A stretch of 64,000 bases of DNA from assembly GCA_963742735.1 (NCBI GenBank), contig CAVUMN010000003.1, forward strand, positions 192,001 through 256,000. The letters run 5' to 3'. Positions 56,880 to 64,000 of this stretch are shown here, piece after piece. A program made the translations under genes and the position numbers. How positions within the stretch are numbered: position 1 is the first letter of the stretch; the number at the start of each line of letters is the position of its first letter. Source of the stretch: an uncultured Actinomycetes bacterium (GTDB taxonomy: Bacteria > Actinomycetota > UBA4738 > JBBDTT01). The notes beneath the pieces are model-generated. The model was not told the DNA's origin. It worked only from the letters and a program-made list of their open reading frames with translations, and ran no database searches.

Positions 56880-57664
56880 TGGCCCGGCAGAGCTCTCCCA
56901 CCTCCGGCGTCTCCTCGATCGCCTGCGCGGACGTTCGCGAGCGGCTCGACGAGTACGTCCTCGGGGCCCTGGACCAGGAGGACAGCCGGCGGCTGTCCCG
57001 CCACCTGGAGTGGTGCGCCGGATGCCGCAAGGAGCTCGCCGAGCTCGAGGAGGGCGTCGCCGCGGTGGGCCTGGCCCTCGAGCCGATCGCGCCGCCGGCC
57101 GAGCTCGAGGCGAAGGTGGTCGAGCGCGTCGCCCTGGCCACCGGGGCCCGGGCCCGCGAGCGCCGCCGGTTCCGGATCGTCACCACGATCGCGGTGCTGG
57201 CCACGTTCTTCGGCGTCGCGTCGCTCGGCTACGCGGCCGCCGTCGCCGGCAAGCTGTCCCGGCTGGAGGCCGAGTCCGCCACGGCGGTCGAGCAGGCGCA
57301 GGTGCTCCAGGGGCTGCTCGACACCTTCGGCGGCCGCCAGATCCTTCCCGCCCGCCTCGGCCCCGTCGAGGGCCGCGAGGGCGGCGGCCAGGCCATCGTC
57401 TATCTCTCCGGCGCCGACAGCTCCGACTGGGTGCTGGTCATCGCCGGCGGCCTGCCGGCGGGGGGCGGGCCGTACCACGCGAGCCTGGTCCACGGCAGCG
57501 GCATCGAGGTCCCGATCGGGGAGATGTTCCCGAGCCAGGAGGGACAGGTCAGCGCGTACCGGTTCTTCACCCAAGACCTTGCGTCGTTCCGCCGCATCGT
57601 CGTGACGAACGACGCCGGCCAGGTCGTCCTGCGCGGAGTGATCCAGGCCCTAGAGGCCGGCTGA
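56879..57664 (+). CDS. Zinc-binding transmembrane anti-sigma factor (RskA-like)
   Basis: YVLGALD...HLEWCAGC (HxxxCxxC), one TM, extracytoplasmic domain; overlaps the sigma stop. Confidence 0.9.
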   Translation: MARQSSPTSGVSSIACADVRERLDEYVLGALDQEDSRRLSRHLEWCAGCRKELAELEEGVAAVGLALEPIAPPAELEAKVVERVALATGARARERRRFRIVTTIAVLATFFGVASLGYAAAVAGKLSRLEAESATAVEQAQVLQGLLDTFGGRQILPARLGPVEGREGGGQAIVYLSGADSSDWVLVIAGGLPAGGGPYHASLVHGSGIEVPIGEMFPSQEGQVSAYRFFTQDLASFRRIVVTNDAGQVVLRGVIQALEAG

Positions 57665-57936
57665 GCCAAGATGCGGGCGCGGGAGCTGGGCTGGCACGGG
57701 CAGCCGGACGTCGAGCCCTTTTTGATGGCTGGCACTCCGTCGGCGAGGGCTGGGTGTTCCGGTTCTCCGAGGCGGATAGAGACGAAGTCATCGAGCCGGC
57801 CTAGCAACTTCGCGCAGGTCGCCGGCGGGACCGGGCAACGAGGGGGGGGACGGCCGGCGCGGGAGCAGCAGGCCATAGTCAGATGATCCGCTGGGCTCGA
57901 GACACGAGCGAAGGGCAGGAAAAGAGATCGGGACAT

Positions 57937-58215
57937 TCAGCTCGCTGCGGAAACCCCTCGACCCGCCCCACGAGACAAGCCAAGCAAGACGCTTGAAGCT
58001 ATAACCCCAACCCCAAGAATCAGAATCTGGCGGGGTTGCCGATTCACTGGGCAGGAGGCGATTTTCGGGTCCGGGGCGCGCATCCCGTCCGGACCCCGCG
58101 AAGGGATCACGCAATCCCGAAACTGTGGGACCAAGAGCGCCGCTACGATCGAGCCGAGAAGGATCATCCCTGCAAAGACCCCAAAAGCCACGCGAAGTCT
58201 CTGGCTTCTCGCCAT
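57937..58215 (-). CDS. Small two-TM hypothetical protein
   Basis: Two hydrophobic helices flanking a loop with 2 Cys; lower GC. Confidence 0.45.
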   Translation of the reverse strand: MARSQRLRVAFGVFAGMILLGSIVAALLVPQFRDCVIPSRGPDGMRAPDPKIASCPVNRQPRQILILGVGVIASSVLLGLSRGAGRGVSAAS

Positions 58216-58289
58216 AGCTACAACTCGTTCTGTTGATAACGCGGTGATGTTGACAACCGGCGTAACGTTACTCGATGGAGGGTTGACAC

Positions 58290-59069
58290 GTGACGACGTC
58301 CCGTCTTCGTCAACTGGCTTCCATCGCATCACTGCTGCTAGTTGTGGCGTCGATCGTTCCGGTCAGGAGCGCATACGCCCAGGACCCACTCACCTGTATC
58401 ACGGAGGAGTCGATCTTCTGGGGCTATCAGTCCGGAGGCCAGTTTCGGCAGCAGTACGGAACGAAATCCGATCACACCGTCAGGAATCGCGGAGTCAACG
58501 CCGCTTGTGATGGCGCCAACGCAGGCAGTACCAGCAATAACTTTCTCGGCACCTACCAAGGGAATTGGATTGAGGGGGGGTGGTTTATCTGGAAGGACTC
58601 CCCAACGGCGCCCAAGGAGTACCACTGGTTCGTGGAGGCGGCGATCAATGGCGCGCTCCTGATAAATCCCGTTCCCCATGGGGAGCTGACGTCCAAGTGC
58701 GACAAGGCAGTGGGCGATGGAACGGCTCTTCAGTTCAAGGTGGCGCACTTTCCCATCGGCTCAACGGACTGGATTGTCGACCTAAATTGCCTTGATGGAC
58801 AGGGTTGGCAGAACCTTCGGACACTCGACAACCTCGGCTGGTACACCGGCCTCTCTATGGTCGAAACCTTTCGCTTTGGGGGGACACTCACAGGGATGGC
58901 CGACGATCAGGACAACATTCAGCGCAAGGACTCCAGCAACGTCTGGCGTAACTGGGCCGATATGTCGTGCCACAGTGACAACGCGAGCAACTGGCACGGC
59001 GGGTACATATCCACCGACCACTACAAGACGACCAAATCGACTCTGAACTACTGTCCTGGACCGGTCTGA
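58290..59069 (+). CDS. Secreted Cys-containing protein, possibly neprosin-like glutamic peptidase fold
   Basis: Signal peptide ending AYA; GGAGG RBS; NWIEGGW and SMVET segments; 6 Cys. Confidence 0.65.
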   Translation: MTTSRLRQLASIASLLLVVASIVPVRSAYAQDPLTCITEESIFWGYQSGGQFRQQYGTKSDHTVRNRGVNAACDGANAGSTSNNFLGTYQGNWIEGGWFIWKDSPTAPKEYHWFVEAAINGALLINPVPHGELTSKCDKAVGDGTALQFKVAHFPIGSTDWIVDLNCLDGQGWQNLRTLDNLGWYTGLSMVETFRFGGTLTGMADDQDNIQRKDSSNVWRNWADMSCHSDNASNWHGGYISTDHYKTTKSTLNYCPGPV

Positions 59070-59070
59070 C

Positions 59071-59661
59071 ATGGAGGTTGTCTTGGGGCGGAGATGGCGC
59101 GCTCTGACGGTAGGACTCCTTCTCGTTCTTCTAACCGCGTGCGCTGGGCTGGGTGGTCCGGCGCAGGAGGCTATGCCTGCCCCAGACGAACCTCCGGCCC
59201 GAGGCCCCGCTCTGAACTGGGATCAACCGAGTATCTGCGGTGTACACGTGGGGAATGCTGAGGCCGCGAGAGACGACCTGAATTTCGTCCCCGAGGATGC
59301 CCGAACCTTGGGTGAACCGGAAGCGATCACGCTCGACGGTATCTGTGTACCCCGCGCCAATAGAACTCTCGCGTTTGTATTCAACGACAGCCGGGGACGA
59401 TTCCTCGTCCTCCAACGGGCCGCCGGGCAGCGAACGGAGGAGAGCCTGACCGGACTGCTCGCCTACAACAGCCCGACGAATCTCACCAAACTCTCAACGA
59501 CCTCGATCCGCGGGAACATTACGGCGCTACTCATTCAGGCTGGTGGCCCGGGCCAAGCAAACAGCATTGAGTGGATCGAAGGTGGCGTGGACTACGTCAT
59601 CCTGGGCCCTATGGAAACGTTCTCGCTGGAGCTCGCCGAACAACTCGCGAACGAACTCTGA
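59071..59661 (+). CDS. Hypothetical lipoprotein
   Basis: RRWR, hydrophobic core and LTAC lipobox; C-terminal W..GGVDY.I.G...LA..L (DUF4367-like). Confidence 0.75.
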   Translation: MEVVLGRRWRALTVGLLLVLLTACAGLGGPAQEAMPAPDEPPARGPALNWDQPSICGVHVGNAEAARDDLNFVPEDARTLGEPEAITLDGICVPRANRTLAFVFNDSRGRFLVLQRAAGQRTEESLTGLLAYNSPTNLTKLSTTSIRGNITALLIQAGGPGQANSIEWIEGGVDYVILGPMETFSLELAEQLANEL

Positions 59662-59760
59662 GCAGCGAAATCCCGAGCGGACCGTGCGACGAGTGCGGCC
59701 TCCCGTGGCCGTTCGTTTGCATAGCGTTCCCCCTCTATATTGCTCGCCCGCCGTACCCCG

Positions 59761-62079
59761 CTAGTCCACCCCGCTGGACACCGGCTCGGGCTTCGACGCC
59801 GGCGCACGGGTGCTCCCCTCCAGCGCGACGTGCGGAAGCAGGCGGTCCAGCCAGCCGGGCAGCCACCAGTTCCAGTCGCCCATCAGCCGCATCGTGGCCG
59901 GCACCAGGATCGTTCGGATCAAGGTGGCGTCCAGGAACACCGCCGTGGCCAGCCCGAAGCCCATCGCCTTGATCGGAACGAGCTCGGCGAACGCGAAGGC
60001 CCCGAACACCACGACCATGATCGCCGCGGCGCTGGTGATGATCCTCGCCGTGTGCTCCAGGCCCCACCCGACGGCCTCGGTGTTGTCCTTCGTCCGCAGG
60101 TACTCCTCGCGGATGCGGGCGAGCAGGAACACCTCGTAGTCCATGGACAGCCCGAACAGGGTGGTGAACAGGAACAGCGGCAGGAAGGCCTCGATGTGGC
60201 CCGAGGCCTGGAAGCCGAGCAGCCCCTCGAAGTGCCCGTCCTGGAACACGTACACCAGCACCCCGTAGGCGGCCAGCACCGACGCCAGGTTCATCAGGAT
60301 CGCCTTCAGCGGCAGCAGCAGCGACCGGAAGAACAGCATCAGCACCAGGAACGAGAGCAGCAGGACCAGACCGACCACCGGGATGAGCTTGTCGCCCATC
60401 TCCTCGGTCAGGTCCAGGTCCAGGCCCGGCTGCCCGCCGACCAGGACGGTCGAGCCCGCGCCGACGACGCCGGGGAGCCGGTCGCGGAGCCGGTTGATGA
60501 GCTGGTGCACGGTCTCCGACTGCGCCGAGTGCACCGTGACGGCCTGGATCTGCGTGGAGCGCCCGTCGGAGCTCACGAACTGGGCGAACAGCTGCCGGCC
60601 CTCGGGGGTGCCGAGCGCCTGCTCCGGCGTCGTTCCCGGCGGCAGGAGCGTCGTGATCGACGCCACCTGCAGGACCTCGGGGTCGGCCTGGGCGGCCTCG
60701 GAGACCGCGGCCACCTCCGCCAGTCCCTCGGACGAGGTCACCGGCTCCGAGGTCCGGAGCAGGATCACCGTGGGCTCGCCCTGGCCCTCGCCGAACGCCT
60801 CGGAGGCGATCTCGAACGCGCGGCGGGCGGGGTGGTCCGCCGGAAGGATCGAGGGGCCCGAGGAACCCAGGGCCAGGTTGCGCGCCGGCAGGGCCAGGAA
60901 CAGCAGCAGCCCCAGCGACAGGAGCAGGGCGGTCCACGGCCGCTTCATGACGGCCATGGCCCAGCGGTGCCAGTAGCGGCCCTCCTGCCGGTCCGCCCGG
61001 CGATGGATCGAGAACTTGTCGATGCGCTTGCCCACCCAGCCGAGGAGCGCGGGGAGCAGGGTGACCGCCGCGAGCGCGGCGATCGTGACCGCGATCATGG
61101 CGGCGACGCCCATCGTCCGGTAGGCCTGGATGTTGACCAGCAGCACGCCCGACAGCGCCACGACCACCGTGAGCCCCGAGACCAGCACGGCCTTCCCCGA
61201 GGTGGCCACGGCCTCGGCCACGGCCTCGCCGACCGACAGGCCCGACTTCAGCTCCGAGCGGAACCGGGCCAGGATGAACAGGGCGTAGTCGATCCCGACG
61301 CCGATCCCGATCATCGACGCCAGGTTCTGTGCGAAGACGTTGGTCTCGACGAACGTGGCGAACAGGCCGATGAGCGCGAACGAGATCATGAGGCTCATCA
61401 GGGCGAGGGCCAGCGGCATCCCCGCCGCGATCAGCGACCCGAGGGCGGCGATCAGGATCAGCAGCGCGATGGGGACGGCGATGCTCTCGGAGCGCTCCAG
61501 GTCGTGCTGGGTGATGTCCTGGAACGCGCGGTAGAAGGAGGGAGCGCCCGTGATCAGCACCTGGACGTCGTCGGTCGACGCCGCCTTCACGGCGGCCTCG
61601 AGATCCGGCGCGATCTCCAGGGCGTCGTCCTGCGTCCCGTCGACGTTGACGATGGAGGTCGCGACCGTCCCGTCCTTCGAGATCAGCTGGGCCGGGGCGT
61701 CGTACGGGCTGGCCGCGGAGGAGATGTGGTCCACCTGCAGCAGCCGGCGCAGGGTGTCCTGGACGACCGCCTGGTACTCGGGTTCCTGCGCCGTGCTCGT
61801 CTCCGAGGAGAACACGACGAGCGCCGTCAGCTCGGTCTGTCCCTCGAACTCGGTCTCCAGGGCCTGCCGGACCTGGTCCGACTGCGAGCCGGGCACCTCG
61901 AACCCGCCGTTGGACAGCCGCGACGTCAGCGAGCTCAGCATCGGGACCGACGCGAGCGTCGCCACCAGCCAGATCAGGATCATCACCCGGCGGTTGCGCA
62001 CGCCGAACATCGCGATGCGATAGATCAGGGTCTGCTCGACGGGCTTGGGTTGCTGGGCTCCGTTGCCGCTGCGCGCCAT
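59761..62079 (-). CDS. MMPL-family RND transporter
   Basis: GIGVGIDYALF..RFR.E, G.AV..SG.TV, FGLSMDYEVFLL.RIREE, WNWWLP. Confidence 0.96.
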   Translation of the reverse strand: MARSGNGAQQPKPVEQTLIYRIAMFGVRNRRVMILIWLVATLASVPMLSSLTSRLSNGGFEVPGSQSDQVRQALETEFEGQTELTALVVFSSETSTAQEPEYQAVVQDTLRRLLQVDHISSAASPYDAPAQLISKDGTVATSIVNVDGTQDDALEIAPDLEAAVKAASTDDVQVLITGAPSFYRAFQDITQHDLERSESIAVPIALLILIAALGSLIAAGMPLALALMSLMISFALIGLFATFVETNVFAQNLASMIGIGVGIDYALFILARFRSELKSGLSVGEAVAEAVATSGKAVLVSGLTVVVALSGVLLVNIQAYRTMGVAAMIAVTIAALAAVTLLPALLGWVGKRIDKFSIHRRADRQEGRYWHRWAMAVMKRPWTALLLSLGLLLFLALPARNLALGSSGPSILPADHPARRAFEIASEAFGEGQGEPTVILLRTSEPVTSSEGLAEVAAVSEAAQADPEVLQVASITTLLPPGTTPEQALGTPEGRQLFAQFVSSDGRSTQIQAVTVHSAQSETVHQLINRLRDRLPGVVGAGSTVLVGGQPGLDLDLTEEMGDKLIPVVGLVLLLSFLVLMLFFRSLLLPLKAILMNLASVLAAYGVLVYVFQDGHFEGLLGFQASGHIEAFLPLFLFTTLFGLSMDYEVFLLARIREEYLRTKDNTEAVGWGLEHTARIITSAAAIMVVVFGAFAFAELVPIKAMGFGLATAVFLDATLIRTILVPATMRLMGDWNWWLPGWLDRLLPHVALEGSTRAPASKPEPVSSGVD

Positions 62080-62116
62080 GGAAACGGCCTCCTCGGAGTT
62101 CGGGTGGTCGCCGACG

Positions 62117-62144
62117 ATCCTATCCCCGAATGACCGATGGTCAC
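62117..62144 (-). promoter_or_regulatory. Candidate MMPL promoter with overlapping inverted repeat TGACC-N3-GGTCA
   Basis: Minus strand GTGACC-N16-TAGGAT; inverted repeat at 62131-62143 overlaps the -35 element. Confidence 0.5.
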
Positions 62145-62178
62145 TAGGTCGAGGGATGTGAGCTTCGTCTCATTCGTT

Positions 62179-63195
62179 CTACGTCAGGCGCTCCGCGAGG
62201 TAGCGCATGGCGATCGGGTAGCGGTACTCGATGTCCATGTGCGTGCCCTCGAACAGCTCGAAGAAGGGCTCGATCCCCAGCGCGTCGAGCTCGCCAACGA
62301 ACGCCTCGGCGCCCAGGTCCAGGTACCACTCGTCGTTCTTGCCGGCGTCGACGTAGATCGCCCGCATCGACTTGAGCTCCTCGGCCTTGAACGGCGCCAT
62401 CCGCACCGGGTCCAGGGCCAGCCACCGCGACCACACCTCGGGGATCAGCCGGCCCGTGGCGGGCTCGAAGGGCAGGTCGATCGTGCCGTCCTCGTTCGCC
62501 GAGTAGCAGGCGGCCATGCACCACGAGTTCAGGAGTGCGCCGTCCTCCTTGTGCGAGAACGCAGGCCTCGACCGGAAGTTCGCCCAGAACTGTTCGTACG
62601 AGCCGTCGTACGTGTCGCGCAGCGTCCGGGCGTTCTCCCGGAACTCGGGCTGGTAGCAGACCTCGAACAGCGCGTCGCCGGCGTGGGTGGCCAGGGCGCC
62701 GAACACCTCGGGCCGCATCATCGGCACGACCATCGCCCCGTAGCCGCCGCTCGACTTCCCGAGGATCCCCCGGTGGTCGCGGTCGGCCTGCGTCCGATAG
62801 TTCGCGTCGACGAACGGGACGATCTCGTCGCACAGGTAGTCCTGGTAGCGGCCGGTGCCGGGGGAGTTCACGTACTGCGACCCGCCGAGGGAGGTCATCG
62901 CGTCCACGTAGACGACCACCGCCGGCGGGCATCCATCCTTCGCGAACAGGCTGTCGGTGAGCTCGGGGAACGTCGGGCGGAACGGCTTGCGGTTCCACCA
63001 CATGTCCACCGAGCCGGTGAGGCCCTGGATCAGGTACAGCGTGGGGTAGCGCGCGTCCGAGGCGTCGTAGCCGGGCGGCGTGTACACCCACAGGGGGCGC
63101 TCGGCAGGGTCGCCCAGCGCGTTTCCCTGCAGGACATCGCTGGTGATCGTGTGGTCGTGGAACGTGCCCCCGAACTCGCCTCGATACGGCTGCAT
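62179..63195 (-). CDS. Alpha/beta hydrolase esterase (enterochelin esterase/Fes-like)
   Basis: VYTPPGY, GKSSGGYGA, DAG..DE, FEGTH; GGAGG RBS. Confidence 0.9.
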   Translation of the reverse strand: MQPYRGEFGGTFHDHTITSDVLQGNALGDPAERPLWVYTPPGYDASDARYPTLYLIQGLTGSVDMWWNRKPFRPTFPELTDSLFAKDGCPPAVVVYVDAMTSLGGSQYVNSPGTGRYQDYLCDEIVPFVDANYRTQADRDHRGILGKSSGGYGAMVVPMMRPEVFGALATHAGDALFEVCYQPEFRENARTLRDTYDGSYEQFWANFRSRPAFSHKEDGALLNSWCMAACYSANEDGTIDLPFEPATGRLIPEVWSRWLALDPVRMAPFKAEELKSMRAIYVDAGKNDEWYLDLGAEAFVGELDALGIEPFFELFEGTHMDIEYRYPIAMRYLAERLT

Positions 63196-63242
63196 GCCCT
63201 CGCCTCCCTGTGATCGCGTCAAATGGGGAACAATCTTGACCG

Positions 63243-64000
63243 ATGCCAGGGGTATCCGACGTGGTGGGGATCGGCCTGGCCGGTGGTTCCGGGGTCCGCG
63301 CCCGCCCGCTCACGCTGAAGGCTCCCGGATACCTGCGGTCGAAGGCGGCGATGGCGTTCGTCGGCCGCCGCCTGATCCGGTGGGTCCTGCAGATCCTCCA
63401 GGCCGAGGGGATGAAGGAGTACTACATCGTCGCCCACGGCAAGGAGAACCGGTACCAGATCAAGGTGCTGGTGGGCTACGGCGAGGACCTCGGCGTCGAC
63501 ATCCAGTACTCGCCGGTCAAGTACGACGCGCTGTCCACGGGGAGCGCCGACTCGACGCTGCGGCTCCTGGAGCACTGGGACCTCGGCGGACCGGCCCTGG
63601 TGTTCCCGACGGACTCGATCATCGACTTCGACCTGGAGCCGATGCTCCAACAGCACCTGGAGACGGGGGCCGTGGTCACCATCGCCGCGATGACCCGCGC
63701 CCCCGAGGACGTGGCGGAGAAGTACGGGGTCATGCTCACCGACTCGAACGGACGGATCTTCGAGTTCGTCGAGAAGCCGACGATCGCGGACATCCGCAAC
63801 CACTTCAAGGTCCGCGACGAGGACGAGTTCGACCGGCTGCCGCTGCTCACGAACGCGGGGTTCTACCTGGTCGACGCGGCCCGCCTGCGCGCGCTGGCCG
63901 AGGACCCGCACGTCGCGCGCCTGCGGCGGACCCGGCTCGACTTCGGCAAGGACCTCCTGCCGTGGCTGGTCGGCAACGGCCACCTGCTGCAGGCGTTCCC
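63243..64000 (+). CDS. Sugar-phosphate nucleotidyltransferase (partial, runs off the right edge)
   Basis: Not in the ORF track; hand translation gives GLAGGSGVRARPLT...KYGV...FVEKP...NAGFY...DFGKDLLP. Confidence 0.9.
   Translation, partial: MPGVSDVVGIGLAGGSGVRARPLTLKAPGYLRSKAAMAFVGRRLIRWVLQILQAEGMKEYYIVAHGKENRYQIKVLVGYGEDLGVDIQYSPVKYDALSTGSADSTLRLLEHWDLGGPALVFPTDSIIDFDLEPMLQQHLETGAVVTIAAMTRAPEDVAEKYGVMLTDSNGRIFEFVEKPTIADIRNHFKVRDEDEFDRLPLLTNAGFYLVDAARLRALAEDPHVARLRRTRLDFGKDLLPWLVGNGHLLQAF

Noticed and set aside
57665-57936. Possible gene remnant (FDGWHSVGEGWVFRFSEADRDEVIEPA) at the islet boundary
   Set aside because: Too short, with no supported start or recognisable family; no att-like repeat seen.

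Overview
High-GC actinobacterial-type chromosomal window with about 60 CDS. I see no rRNA, tRNA, CRISPR array, integrase or transposase. Left third (1-20 kb): housekeeping and envelope genes, including a TPP-dependent enzyme, FlK-like thioesterase, DUF2339 protein, a NarL-type two-component pair, CPBP protease, O-methyltransferase, PAP2, lgt, acnA, and Mrp with a divergent HTH regulator. 21-29 kb: an uncharacterised envelope module, with an M4 lipoprotein protease plus two paralogous membrane proteins (one TPR-fused), divergent from a zinc-ribbon PrsW-like protein and a Pro-rich membrane protein. 29-40 kb: a WhiI-like atypical response regulator, a CSLREA/beta-helix-sulfatase fusion and a monoderm Tad/Flp pilus operon. 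The regulator and the pilin gene each carry an exact TCAAG-N15-GCCGAT (sigma28/WhiG-type) promoter. 40-54 kb is the most striking locus: two mirror-image, diverged copies of a three-gene cassette (protein A, protein B, DyP peroxidase) flank a core of a nitroreductase-like protein, a Cys-nucleophile alpha/beta hydrolase, a frameshifted metallophosphoesterase and a GMC oxidase-pseudo-hydrolase fusion. Right end: nfeD-SPFH divergent from an ECF sigma/anti-sigma pair, a lower-GC islet (neprosin-like secreted protein plus lipoprotein), an MMPL transporter, an esterase and a partial nucleotidyltransferase. All family calls come from motifs read by eye; no searches were run.
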